Shown here piece by piece: positions 28,434 through 38,447 of a stretch of 64,000 nt of DNA (position 1 is the stretch's first letter; each line of letters starts with the position of its first letter). The notes under the pieces are model-generated. The model was not told the origin of the DNA and searched no databases. It saw only the letters and a list, made by a program, of their open reading frames with translations. Source of the DNA: Deltaproteobacteria bacterium (GTDB lineage Bacteria > Myxococcota_A > Polyangia > Fen-1088); assembly GCA_033763315.1 (NCBI GenBank), contig JANRKS010000034.1:288001-352000 (forward strand). Direction: 5' to 3'. A program made the position numbers and the translations under genes.

Positions 28434-31337
28434 GTGGCACAGTGGTTTCACCGCATGCGTGTCTTCGAGCGAGGATTGTGGTTCTGCCTTTTGCTTTGCC
28501 TCGCGCCGCGTGTTGCGCGCGGGGCGACCGCGCCACCCATGCTTGGGCCTGTCCGCGTGGACGCGCGCCAAGTGGGTGTGCGCCAGTTGGCGATCGATGC
28601 CGTCGGAAGTCTATGGGTCATCTCAGAGTCGGGTCTATGCCGTTTCGACGGCGCCGAATGGGAGTGCCCCCGCTCGTCTTGTAAGTCTTTGGTTCACGGC
28701 GATGGCCAAACGTGGGCCGCGTGTGAGCCTGGGGTCGTGTTGCAGCTTGAGGGGGAAAACATGCGGCCGCACGCGCTGCCTTCAGCGATCAAAGACGCAA
28801 ATCTTTTGGCTGTGGGTGCGGGCGAATTGTGGTTCACCGCACCTTCGGCAACGCTTTCGTGGAAGGCTCGTGAAAACCAACCGCAGCAACGGCTCAGCAC
28901 CCGAGCCACCTCGATCGCCTTTGTGGGGCCAACCGCATGGATCGCGACGAACAACGGCATTTATCAGCACACCCATCTTGGGGCCACGCTTTACAGTCCA
29001 GTTGTTGCGCACAAGCTGGCTGTTTCGCAAGGTGGGCGTGTTCTTGCGGCGGTGAAGCAGGGCACCTATGACGACATACTTGATCTCTCCAAGGCGCACG
29101 ACGGTTCATCACCATTGGCGCCGCAAATAGCCCCTATCACATCAATGTTTGTGGACGATGCGCGTGCCCTTTTGTGGGCGACGGGCGGCGGCGTTCAGGC
29201 CTTCTCTTTGAGTGACGGCGGTGCACCCTTGCTTTCTATGTCAATGCAAACGGGGTTGCCGTATCCCCTTATAGACTCACAGGTGCATGACCCGAGCGGG
29301 GCTTGGTTTGGCACGCAGCAGGGGCTGGCACAGATGCGAATCGACACGCCCATTTTCAATTTTGGTCAACCCGAAGGTATGAGCAATTACGCGGGATTCG
29401 CACTAACAACTGACGCCCAGGGCGCTTTGTGGATCGCTCAGGGCAAGGGCCTCACAAGGTACCTTCCAAGCTCGCTTGAAAATTTCGATGCTTCACCCAG
29501 CCTGGTTCACATCGATCTTCGTTCCATCGCCGTAGGCGCGGATGGCGCCATATGGTCGGCAGGCATGATCAATCCTTTGGTCAAACTCGACACGAAAAGC
29601 CGTCGTTTCGTGCGGATGCCCTTGGCGGGACAGCCAGAGCCATTGCAGATTCAAACGCTGCGCATTGGCCCCAGCGGCACTTTATGGATGGGGCTCGTCA
29701 ATGGCGGCTTGGGAAGAAAAGCGGGAGACAAGTTTGTTTCCGTATTCCCAGGTGGCGATGGTGAGAACCGCGTTCACGACGTTGTTGAGGGGACCAGCGG
29801 CACCGTTTGGTTGGCGCGTGGGGATGGCACCGTGGTTGGGCTTGATGGTGAACGGCAAAACACATACGCCGTGGCCCCCGGCGTCAACATCTTGTGCTTA
29901 CATGAAGACGCGTCGCGAACGTTGTGGGCGGGCACGGGAGGAGCTGGTCTTTACAGAATAAAGAATGGGCAAGTGGCTCGCCTCACGAAGTCGCAGGGCC
30001 TTTGGGATGATCGGGTTCACGCAATCACCGACGATGGCAAGGGCTGGCTGTGGATGTCGACCGTCACGGGCCTATCGCGCGTGGCTCAATCGCAGGCCGA
30101 GGCAGTGATGGACGGTTGGGCGTCCCGTGTGGACTCGATCGCTTACGAAGTCGAAGACGGTCTGCGCACAAACGAAGCCTCACGCGGCTTCTCGCCGTCC
30201 TCAGCCAAGGATCGCCAGGGGCGCATTTGGTTTTCGATGGTCACAGGGGCGGTCTCTGTGGATCCCCAAGCGCTGGAGCAGGCCTCTCCACCGAGCGCCG
30301 TACGCATCGACGCTTTTTACGTTGATGGCGTTTTACAAAGAGACGCGCAGCGGTTGATTCCAGTGGGGCGCGGCGCAATTTCGTTTTCATTGGCGGCCAC
30401 GGAGTTGTGGACTCGCTCGCGCACCCGCTACCGCGTTTTTTTGGCCGGAAGCAAAGAAGGTTGGCGCGAGCTTGGCAAAGAACGTCACGCCGAATACGCG
30501 AACCTTCGCCCCGGCAAATACCATTTCATTGCACGCGCCTTTTCAATTGATCGACCCGATGCTTTCGTTCAAGTGGAGAGGCGCTTCGAGTTGCTACCTG
30601 CGTTTTACCAGCGCGCTTGGTTTCTGGCTGTCTTGGGCCTCTCGTGTGCAGCGGCAGCCACGATTTGGTGGCGTAGCAAACAGCGTCGCGCCGCGAGACT
30701 GCAATCCGTCCTGATGGCCGATCGAACGCGCATTGCCCAAGACATTCACGATTCGTTGGAACAAGATCTTTCGGGGATCAAGATGCAAGTGAGCGCGGCC
30801 AGCCTTTGGATGGCCAAAGACCCTGAACGAGCCTTGCGGCACTTGGACAACGCCGAGAAGTTGGTGATTGATGGCATGGTCGACATGCGAAGCGCCATTT
30901 GGGGCTTGCGGGCCGGTTGGGTCGACACGAACGACATGTGCACGGCGCTGCAACAACGCTTGGGGCGAATCGCCGCGGCTGCGGACATTCAACTTTCATT
31001 CGAAACGAAAGGCGCCGCACAGCCGGTGGCATCCCTGGTGGCAACGCAATTGTTCTACATTGCGCGCGAAGCTGTCACGAATGCGATCAAACACGCCCAC
31101 GCCAGGCAAGTGACCGTGACGATTGATTTAACGCAAATTCAGGTCATCACCCTACTGGTTGAAGACGATGGTGTTGGATTCGCCGAGGGTGCGCACACCG
31201 GCGTGCGCCAAGGTGGCCTGGGCGGAGGGTTCGGCCTTGAAAGCATGAGAGCACGCGCGCAATTGGCCGGCGGCACGCTGGAATTAAGCACAAAGGGCAT
31301 GGGGACGAGCCTCAAGGTTGTGCTGCCGCGTAGGTAG
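28434..31337 (+). CDS. Sensor histidine kinase with beta-propeller repeats, Y_Y_Y-like domain and HisKA_3/HATPase
   Basis: Repeated DxxGxLW motifs, YANLRPGKYHF, TM segment, RIAQDIHDSLEQ, EAVTNAIKHA, VEDDGVGF, GFGLESMRARA. The start could be ATG 28455. Confidence 0.9.
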   Translation: MAQWFHRMRVFERGLWFCLLLCLAPRVARGATAPPMLGPVRVDARQVGVRQLAIDAVGSLWVISESGLCRFDGAEWECPRSSCKSLVHGDGQTWAACEPGVVLQLEGENMRPHALPSAIKDANLLAVGAGELWFTAPSATLSWKARENQPQQRLSTRATSIAFVGPTAWIATNNGIYQHTHLGATLYSPVVAHKLAVSQGGRVLAAVKQGTYDDILDLSKAHDGSSPLAPQIAPITSMFVDDARALLWATGGGVQAFSLSDGGAPLLSMSMQTGLPYPLIDSQVHDPSGAWFGTQQGLAQMRIDTPIFNFGQPEGMSNYAGFALTTDAQGALWIAQGKGLTRYLPSSLENFDASPSLVHIDLRSIAVGADGAIWSAGMINPLVKLDTKSRRFVRMPLAGQPEPLQIQTLRIGPSGTLWMGLVNGGLGRKAGDKFVSVFPGGDGENRVHDVVEGTSGTVWLARGDGTVVGLDGERQNTYAVAPGVNILCLHEDASRTLWAGTGGAGLYRIKNGQVARLTKSQGLWDDRVHAITDDGKGWLWMSTVTGLSRVAQSQAEAVMDGWASRVDSIAYEVEDGLRTNEASRGFSPSSAKDRQGRIWFSMVTGAVSVDPQALEQASPPSAVRIDAFYVDGVLQRDAQRLIPVGRGAISFSLAATELWTRSRTRYRVFLAGSKEGWRELGKERHAEYANLRPGKYHFIARAFSIDRPDAFVQVERRFELLPAFYQRAWFLAVLGLSCAAAATIWWRSKQRRAARLQSVLMADRTRIAQDIHDSLEQDLSGIKMQVSAASLWMAKDPERALRHLDNAEKLVIDGMVDMRSAIWGLRAGWVDTNDMCTALQQRLGRIAAAADIQLSFETKGAAQPVASLVATQLFYIAREAVTNAIKHAHARQVTVTIDLTQIQVITLLVEDDGVGFAEGAHTGVRQGGLGGGFGLESMRARAQLAGGTLELSTKGMGTSLKVVLPRR

Positions 31338-31375
31338 TCCGCTTCTCTTGGTGCCGGATGCCAGCTCCAGATGCG

Positions 31376-32737
31376 CTAACGCTCGTTCTTAGCGGGCACC
31401 ACGACCACCATCATCGGTTGATTCATGATGGTGGCCAGCGATTTCAAAGTGGCTTGGCCCGTTGTGGCATCAAGCGCAAAAGACATCAGATTGTTCGTGG
31501 GTTGCTTTTGGTTGGCCACAACCAACAACGTACCATCGGGGCTGATGTTGAAACCGCGCGGCTCATTGCCCACTTTGACGAAGTTGCCAGGCGCCAACGT
31601 GCCGTCAGCCTTGATCGCAAACCAACCCAGATACCCTTGCGTGGGCGTGGTGTTGGCGCCGTTGACGGTATCTAGACGGCTGGTTGTGTATAGAAATTTT
31701 CCGTTAGGGTGGACGAAGCCCTCCGCCGCGCGGCCTTTGAGCGTGTTGCCCGCCAACATCGTCTTCGCATCGGCGGGCACGGTGGCCATCAAGTTGGCGG
31801 CGCCGGTGTCCATCAGCGTGCCATCGTTCCTGTTAACCTTCAAGACGGCAACAGAATTCGCGTTTTCCTGCACGAGATAAGCGAACGTCCCGTCTTTTGA
31901 GAACGCCATGTGGCGTGGGCCCGTGTTGGGTAGTTTCAGAGGGTCAGCGCTTTTCGTCAGCTTGCCTGTGCCAGCGTCGAACGAGAATTGATACACGTCG
32001 TTGCTGGCCATGCACGGCACAAACACACCCTTGCCCGAAGGCTCAGGGAAAACGCCATGGGGGTTGTTGCCAACGGGCTTTGTGTCGCTAAGCGCGCCCA
32101 CTTTGCCATCGCTTTGCAGTTTGAAAACATCCACGCTTTTGCCGTTGAAATTGGCCACGAACAAATACTTCGCTGTTGTATCCATCACCACGTGTACAGA
32201 GGCAGGACCTGACGAGAATTCTTCGTTTAGGTAAGTGAGGGCGCCGCTTTTTTGATCCACGGAGATGGCGAACGCACGGCCAAAGCCGCCGTAGTATTCG
32301 TCGATGCCGTACACGATGTTTCCCGCCGCGTTGGCCGTAATGTACGAAGGCACCGACACATCCATCAAAGCTGCTTTTTGCAGCTGCGATTTGGGCGTGA
32401 GTGTGCCGTCCAAACCCATTTGAACAGCGTTGATGGCAGACACGTTGGCAAAGTCGCCGCCCGCGGCCAGCACCCACCATCCCGAAGGTGCGGCCACACC
32501 CGCGGCGCCTCCCATACTGCCACCGCTGCCCCCGCCTCCGCCCAAGTTGGGTTGCCCGCCTTGACCTGCGCCGCCCGCCTGCCCGCCGCCACCTTGGCCG
32601 GCCTCCGCGTCGCCACCGGCACCACCTTGTTCACCGCCAGCGCCATCACCCGGCTTGCTGCTTCCTCCGCATGCCGCGGCCGATGCGCCCAAAAGCAGAA
32701 CGAAGAGTGCAGGAAAAGGAGTGCGCGTCGATTTCAT
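31376..32737 (-). CDS. Lactonase (6-phosphogluconolactonase/cycloisomerase 7-bladed propeller) lipoprotein
   Basis: Lipobox AAAC and Gly-rich linker. PSY, LFVANFNG, NPHG, GPRHMAFS, HPNGKFLY, EPRGFNISPDG. Confidence 0.85.
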   Translation of the reverse strand: MKSTRTPFPALFVLLLGASAAACGGSSKPGDGAGGEQGGAGGDAEAGQGGGGQAGGAGQGGQPNLGGGGGSGGSMGGAAGVAAPSGWWVLAAGGDFANVSAINAVQMGLDGTLTPKSQLQKAALMDVSVPSYITANAAGNIVYGIDEYYGGFGRAFAISVDQKSGALTYLNEEFSSGPASVHVVMDTTAKYLFVANFNGKSVDVFKLQSDGKVGALSDTKPVGNNPHGVFPEPSGKGVFVPCMASNDVYQFSFDAGTGKLTKSADPLKLPNTGPRHMAFSKDGTFAYLVQENANSVAVLKVNRNDGTLMDTGAANLMATVPADAKTMLAGNTLKGRAAEGFVHPNGKFLYTTSRLDTVNGANTTPTQGYLGWFAIKADGTLAPGNFVKVGNEPRGFNISPDGTLLVVANQKQPTNNLMSFALDATTGQATLKSLATIMNQPMMVVVVPAKNER

Positions 32738-32896
32738 ATTGTTCCAGTCCGAAGGTTGTCGTTCAGTTAACGACGACTGCAGCCCTTTGGACCATGAGGC
32801 TGAAGACCTATGTCTGCTCACAGAAGGCTCGGGGCTGGGCCGCTTCCGGGAGCGGCCTCTGCCCACGTGTGGAACGCGCGTGCGCCCTTGAATCCC

Positions 32897-34171
32897 TCAC
32901 TGCGGTGGGGAGCGATCTAGAACGTCACGGATTTTCCCGAGCAAAGCGCTGGTGGTGAAGGGCTTGGCTAGGTACTCCACTGTTTTCTCGGAAAGCCCGT
33001 GTGACTCAAGCACATCGCCCGGGTACCCGGAGGTGAACACCACCTTTAGCCTGGGATATTTTTCAGACAACCGCTGGACCATCGTCACGGCGGACATCCC
33101 GGGCATGATGACGTCGGTCACAACACAGTCGATCTTTGTGCCATTGAGGGTTGCCGCCACCTGCATGGCTTCCTCGCCGCGGGCGGCCTGCAGCACACGA
33201 AACCGCGCGCCTTCAAGAATGCGTACCGTTGTTCTTCGTACCAGCTCTTGGTCTTCCACCACCAGAACGGTTTCTTCACCCCGGGGTCGAGCCGCAATGG
33301 CGGGCACCGATTCTTGTGGCAAAGGCAAGTCTTTGGTGGTGCGCAGGCGAACAACGAAGCGCGTGCCCTTGCCCAAAACTGAACTCACCTCCACCGTGCC
33401 TTCTGCCTGCTTGACGATGCGTTCAAGCGTCGCCAGCCCTAAGCCGGTGCCTTTTGATGCATCCTTCGTGGTGAAGAAGGGCTCGAAAATTCGCGCTTGG
33501 GTCGCGGCATCCATGCCTGTGCCGGAATCGCTCACTGTCAGCGCAATCCAGCCTTCGGATTCGCGTGTTGTGACGATCTCAAGACGTCCTCCCATCGGCA
33601 TTGCATCGCGTGCGTTCACCGCCAAGTTCATAACAACCTGTTCAAGCTGTGAAGGGTCTATCTTGGTGTGGCCTGCGGTGGGCGAGAGGGTCAAAACCAA
33701 TTCAACGTCAGCTCCGATCAGGCGTCGCAAGATTCGCGCGATTCCAGAGATAACAGTATTGACGTTTACAACAACAGGTTGGCTGCCGCCGGGGCGGCTG
33801 AACGTTAGAAGTTGACGCGTCAGCGTGGTTGCGTGGGTGGTGGCCTCTTGAATCACCTCTAGATCCTGCACAGCGAGCGGCATGGTCTTGAGGCTTTCAC
33901 GCAGAAACCACACGTGGTTCCCAATCACCATCAACAAGTTGTTGAAATCATGCGCCACCCCACCAGCCAGGCGACCCACAGATTCCATTCGCTGGGCGGC
34001 CCGCACCTCTTCTTCTAGGCGGATGCGTTCTTGAAGATCCAAAGCGCTGACCACCACGGCGCCCATGTCGTTTTCGTTTTCAGGGATCCGTGCGGTGAGA
34101 AACCACCGCACATGACGCCCCTTGAGGGTCTCGATCGGAATCTCGCTTTGAAAGACTTGGCTGCCACCCAT
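32897..34171 (-). CDS. Hybrid sensor histidine kinase/receiver (PAC-HisKA-HATPase-REC), probably 5'-truncated
   Basis: [51 protein letters not shown]. Only the end of a PAS domain precedes the kinase. Confidence 0.8.
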   Translation of the reverse strand: MGGSQVFQSEIPIETLKGRHVRWFLTARIPENENDMGAVVVSALDLQERIRLEEEVRAAQRMESVGRLAGGVAHDFNNLLMVIGNHVWFLRESLKTMPLAVQDLEVIQEATTHATTLTRQLLTFSRPGGSQPVVVNVNTVISGIARILRRLIGADVELVLTLSPTAGHTKIDPSQLEQVVMNLAVNARDAMPMGGRLEIVTTRESEGWIALTVSDSGTGMDAATQARIFEPFFTTKDASKGTGLGLATLERIVKQAEGTVEVSSVLGKGTRFVVRLRTTKDLPLPQESVPAIAARPRGEETVLVVEDQELVRRTTVRILEGARFRVLQAARGEEAMQVAATLNGTKIDCVVTDVIMPGMSAVTMVQRLSEKYPRLKVVFTSGYPGDVLESHGLSEKTVEYLAKPFTTSALLGKIRDVLDRSPPQ

Positions 34172-34540
34172 CACGCTGCACGCCTGCGTGGCCAACTTGA
34201 GCACCACGAGAACGAGCTCCGCGCCGCACAGGCGCGCTTGCGTGCGGCGCAAGTGGATCTTGAAACCCGTGTGGCAGAACGCACGGCCGAACTGGAAGCC
34301 ATTTCCGAGGAGTTGGAAGCGTTCTCTTACAGTGTGTCGCACGACATGAAGGCTCCCCTGCGCCACGTGCGCGGTTTCTTGCAAGCGTTCCTAGAGGAAC
34401 ATCCATCTAAGGATGAAGACATCTCGTTGGTTGAGCACTCGTTGGCACAGGCTCAAGAGCTCACAACCTTCATCGAGGGCAAGCTTCGGGACGGCCGCCT
34501 GCAACGACAGACAACTGATCGGATGGTCGCAAGTCGATAG
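34157..34540 (+). pseudogene. Isolated coiled-coil + HisKA fragment of a second histidine kinase
   Basis: [40 protein letters not shown]. No sensor N-terminus and no HATPase domain. Confidence 0.65.
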
Positions 34541-34779
34541 GCGAGGCAGATGTCGTCACCGGCACCTCGGATGACGCGGACTGAACCACAAAGGCCCTTT
34601 CTGGGGGAAAAGGGGCAGGGTCGCCTGGGAACTGCGAGATCTCTGGTGGGAGGCTGCGGATCTCCGTTGGGTCGAAAGGCGCGGCGCCAACACCCCCCAA
34701 GGCTCCCTCTTCCGCGGGTTTGCGAATAGCCATGGCCCGTCTTGCATTGGCCCTTCACGTGCAAGCCCTTGAAGATGCT

Positions 34780-36147
34780 GTGCTTAAAGCTTCAGGTTCT
34801 GATTTAGCCAGCCTGCGCATCTTCGCCGGGCTTACTCTGGTTGTGTTTTGCGCTTGTGAACCGCCGTCCAAAGGCATCTTCGGCTTTTGCTCTGATGCCA
34901 TTCCCGACGCTGGCGCCGATGCGGTTGTGCGCACGGCGCCGCTCACCTACCAACGTGACATCAAGCGCATTGTCGACGAGCGTTGTGTTCGCTGCCACCA
35001 AGAAGGCGGCATGGCACCGTTTTCGTTGGCGTCGTTCGACGACGTGTATCGGATGCGTGCGCTATCTCGCAAAGAGGTGAAGGAAGGGCATATGCCGCCA
35101 TGGTTGCCGGCGTCTTGCTGTTCTCCGCTCGAGCAAGACTGGTCGATGCCCGCGGCCGAGAAGCAGGCGTTTCTCGATTGGATTGACAGCGGCGCGCAAC
35201 CGGGTGATCTGACGGCGCTGCCTCCCACGACACCGGCCCCCGAACTTCTAGGCCGCGTTGACGTGACGGTGACCATGCCCGCGCCCTATCGTCCCACCCC
35301 GCCGCGCGCAAAAACAGATGACACACGGTGCTTCGTGGTCGATTGGCCAAGGACCCAAGATGCGTTCGTGACTGGAATGAACGTGATTCCGGGCAACCGA
35401 CGCGTGGTTCACCACCTTTTGCTTGCTGTTGTGTCGGGCAAAGATGGAAACGATTTGCGTAAACGCGAAGGCAAAGATGGGCAGCCAGGATACGATTGCC
35501 CTGGTGGCGCGTTCGGAGCGAAGGTCACGCGCTACATTGGCGGCGGCGTGGGGGGCGCCGAATACCCGCGTGGCATCGGCACCAAAGTGACTGTGGGGTC
35601 AAAGCTGGTGCTGCAGGTTCATTACAGCACCATCAACGATCCCTCAGGGCAAGCCACGGATCAAACCAGCGTGCAACTGCGTGTGGACGCCACCGCCCGT
35701 GAAGGCAAAGCGATCGTCATCACCAATCCGTTTTGGATCGCGGGTGACGCAATGAAGGTCAAGGCCAACGACGCGAACGCGGTCTATTTTTATCGCTATC
35801 GCCCCACGGTGTTTACTCAAGGCAAACGGGTGCTAATTGAAGGTGGCTCACCGCACATGCACGCGTTTGGCTCGCGGTTCTTGATGGGAATCATTCATGC
35901 CGACGGCACGCGCGAATGCATTCTTGAGATTCCGCATTGGCACTTTGGCTGGGAGCAAGGCTATTGGCTGAAAACACCGAAGCTTTTGGCGCCCAACGAT
36001 GAAGTTTATGTCGAATGCAACTTCGACAATTCAGCCGCGAATCAACCCATCATCGATGGTGTGCAATCCAAGCCACGTGACTTTGCGTGGGGCGGCGACA
36101 ACCAAGATATGTGCGCAGGGTTTCTCACCTTCACGGAGGCGCCATGA
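34780..36147 (+). CDS. Copper type II (peptidylglycine/dopamine beta-monooxygenase-like) lipoprotein with N-terminal c-type cytochrome motif
   Basis: Lipobox-like FCAC, CVRCH...MPPW, VVHH, LQVHY, PHMH, W.FGWEQ.Y, C.FDNS, DMC. Start uncertain (ORF is open from 34720). Confidence 0.78.
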   Translation: MLKASGSDLASLRIFAGLTLVVFCACEPPSKGIFGFCSDAIPDAGADAVVRTAPLTYQRDIKRIVDERCVRCHQEGGMAPFSLASFDDVYRMRALSRKEVKEGHMPPWLPASCCSPLEQDWSMPAAEKQAFLDWIDSGAQPGDLTALPPTTPAPELLGRVDVTVTMPAPYRPTPPRAKTDDTRCFVVDWPRTQDAFVTGMNVIPGNRRVVHHLLLAVVSGKDGNDLRKREGKDGQPGYDCPGGAFGAKVTRYIGGGVGGAEYPRGIGTKVTVGSKLVLQVHYSTINDPSGQATDQTSVQLRVDATAREGKAIVITNPFWIAGDAMKVKANDANAVYFYRYRPTVFTQGKRVLIEGGSPHMHAFGSRFLMGIIHADGTRECILEIPHWHFGWEQGYWLKTPKLLAPNDEVYVECNFDNSAANQPIIDGVQSKPRDFAWGGDNQDMCAGFLTFTEAP

Positions 36148-36857
36148 GTTTGCTTTGGCAACGCGCCATGGGTTGGGCCATGGCGATGTGCTTTGTGGCC
36201 TCTTGCGCTCCCGTTGCAGGGATTGGCCGTGCACGAACGTTGGGCAAAGGGCGATACGAAGTTGGCGTGGGGCCCGACGTCACAGTGGTGACCGGTCAAC
36301 TTTCAAGCGGCAAAGTTCCTTTGCCATCTGCACAACTTGTGGCGGGGGTTCGTTATGGCGTCAGCGATGATGCCGACGTTGGTGGCAAGGCGTGGGGTAT
36401 CTCGCTAGGAAAGTATCTGCTTGAAAGTTGGGGTGTTGCGGGCGAGGTAAAGTGGCAATTGCGGCGCGCGCCGTTGGAGCTTGGGCGGCGTGGCACTGAC
36501 GTCGCTTTGGGTCTGCAAGGCACGTTTCACAACGTTGTGTTGGGCGGCACTCCTGAGCGCATGCTGGGCGCTTCGATGCCTTTGCTTTTCGGATGGCGGG
36601 TGGGCGCGGCCAATCAATTGGTGGCTTCACTTCGTGTGGACTACCAAGTGTGGACGGGTGAAAGCCAAACGCCGTTGGCATTGGGGCTGGCCGGAGGCTC
36701 TGTTGGTTTCGTGTGGCAATGGACCGAACGTTGGTCTTTTATGCCTGAGCTTGCCGTCCTGTGGTCGCCCCTGTCGTTCAATGGCGAAAGCGGTGGGCAG
36801 GACAGCCGAGGTTTATCGATCCTTTCCTTGGGGCTCGGGATTCACTACCGCAGATGA
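36144..36857 (+). CDS. Hypothetical lipoprotein with beta-barrel-like strands
   Basis: ATGA-coupled to the monooxygenase. Lipobox VASC, ARTLGKG, VRYGVSD, C-terminal LGLGIHY. Confidence 0.6.
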   Translation: MSLLWQRAMGWAMAMCFVASCAPVAGIGRARTLGKGRYEVGVGPDVTVVTGQLSSGKVPLPSAQLVAGVRYGVSDDADVGGKAWGISLGKYLLESWGVAGEVKWQLRRAPLELGRRGTDVALGLQGTFHNVVLGGTPERMLGASMPLLFGWRVGAANQLVASLRVDYQVWTGESQTPLALGLAGGSVGFVWQWTERWSFMPELAVLWSPLSFNGESGGQDSRGLSILSLGLGIHYRR

Positions 36858-37018
36858 CGGCCCTGTTTGCTCGATCCCTTCAAGCGGTTCACGATGAATA
36901 TGGCCAATAGCGCGGGGATGCCGCGCATTCGTACGGAGCAATTGGGTCTCGCACTGAAGCATTAACAGGCGGCGTGTCGCGGCTCCTGCTCCAAAACCTG
37001 CTACACGAACGTGTAGAA

Positions 37019-38389
37019 ATGACCACGGACGCCCTTAACGTACTGCTTGTCGAAGATGATCCTGACCTCCGCGCGACCCTGCACGACCTGCTGCAGGATA
37101 GTGGTCACACCGTGGAGGCGCTCGATAACGGGCAAGTGGCCGCGGAACGTGCGGCGGCATCTTTCTTCGATGTTGTGCTCAGCGACGTTCAGCTTCCAGG
37201 GATGGGCGGCCGTCAGTTGTTGGCACATGTGCGCCAAACCTCGCCTGACACCAGCGTCATTCTGATCACAGGCTATGGAGACGTGGCGCAGGCCGTGGCA
37301 GCGTTGCGCGAAGGCGCCTCCGACTACCTGACAAAACCTTTCGACGTTGACGAACTGCTCAGCCGTCTTAAACGCGTGGCCGAGCGGCAGACCCTTCGTC
37401 TTGAACTTGCGCGTGCCAAGCAAGCCTTGGCCACCGGACTGCCCGAAACGAGCTTCATCGGCGACTCGCCTCCGGTGCGCAAACTTCTGCACCACATTCA
37501 TAAAGTGGCTCCCAGCGGCTCACCGTGTTTGATCGTAGGCGAAAGCGGCACCGGCAAAGAACTGGTGGCGCGCATAATTCACGAACAGAGCCCAAGGCGG
37601 GATCGGCCCTACGTGACGATCAATTGCGGTGCCTTGGCCGAGCACCTCGTCGAAGCCGAATTGTTTGGTCACGAGCGTGGTGCTTTCACCGGCGCGGACA
37701 AGAAACGTGAAGGGCGGTTTAAGGCAGCGGACGGCGGCACTTTGTTTCTCGATGAAATAGGAGAATTGCCGATGGCGGCACAAGCGAAGTTGCTTCGCGT
37801 CTTGCAGGAAGGAACGTTCGAGCCTTTGGGCAGCAATGCCACCGTTAAGGTGGACGTGCGGGTGGTGTCGGCCACACACAGAGATCTTCGCAAGATGGTG
37901 CGAGAACGCTTGTTTCGCGAAGATTTGTACTACCGAATCAACGTTGTGGAGGTCCCCATTCCGCCGCTGCGGGATCGCATGTCGGATCTGCCATTGCTCG
38001 TGCAACACTTCTTGTTGAGGCAATCGCCCAACCGGCCGCCCAACACCCTAAGCCTCGAGACGTGGAACGTACTAAAGGGGCACTCATTCCCGGGCAACGT
38101 TCGCGAATTGGGGCATGCGATCAGCCACGCCGTGATTATGGCTCAGGGTGCGGAAATTAGGCCCGAGCACCTGCCCGCCGCGATGTCGTTCATTCGGCCC
38201 GCGGCTTTAGCAGCACAGGACGAACAGATCGTGCCTCTGATGGAGTCGATGAAGAAGCACGAACGCGAATGCATTCAACGTGCGATTAACGCCAGTGGCG
38301 GCGTACCGTCCAAGGCCGCGGCTTTGCTGAAGATCAGCCCCAGTAGCTTGCAAACAAAGCTAAAGGCTCATGGTCTTGTTATAAGTTGA
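37019..38389 (+). CDS. Sigma-54-dependent (NtrC/AtoC-type) response regulator
   Basis: REC (VEDD, SDVQLPG, KPF), GESGTGKE, ELFGHERGAFTGA, FLDEIGE, FREDLYYR, FPGNVREL, C-terminal HTH. Confidence 0.95.
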   Translation: MTTDALNVLLVEDDPDLRATLHDLLQDSGHTVEALDNGQVAAERAAASFFDVVLSDVQLPGMGGRQLLAHVRQTSPDTSVILITGYGDVAQAVAALREGASDYLTKPFDVDELLSRLKRVAERQTLRLELARAKQALATGLPETSFIGDSPPVRKLLHHIHKVAPSGSPCLIVGESGTGKELVARIIHEQSPRRDRPYVTINCGALAEHLVEAELFGHERGAFTGADKKREGRFKAADGGTLFLDEIGELPMAAQAKLLRVLQEGTFEPLGSNATVKVDVRVVSATHRDLRKMVRERLFREDLYYRINVVEVPIPPLRDRMSDLPLLVQHFLLRQSPNRPPNTLSLETWNVLKGHSFPGNVRELGHAISHAVIMAQGAEIRPEHLPAAMSFIRPAALAAQDEQIVPLMESMKKHERECIQRAINASGGVPSKAAALLKISPSSLQTKLKAHGLVIS

Positions 38390-38447
38390 AGTGGCTATCG
38401 GCGCGCAGAAATGCCATGGCGGGCGTCGTCGGTGCCCGTGTGCGTCT

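Noticed and set aside
32490-32670. Gly-rich low-complexity stretches after lipoboxes (also near 14880, 21250, 54700 and 55760)
   Set aside because: Ordinary flexible linkers of myxobacterial lipoproteins.
34748-34763. TGGCCCTTCACGTGCA as a sigma54 promoter for the monooxygenase
   Set aside because: Correct GG-N10-GC spacing but weak flanks, and the gene start is uncertain.
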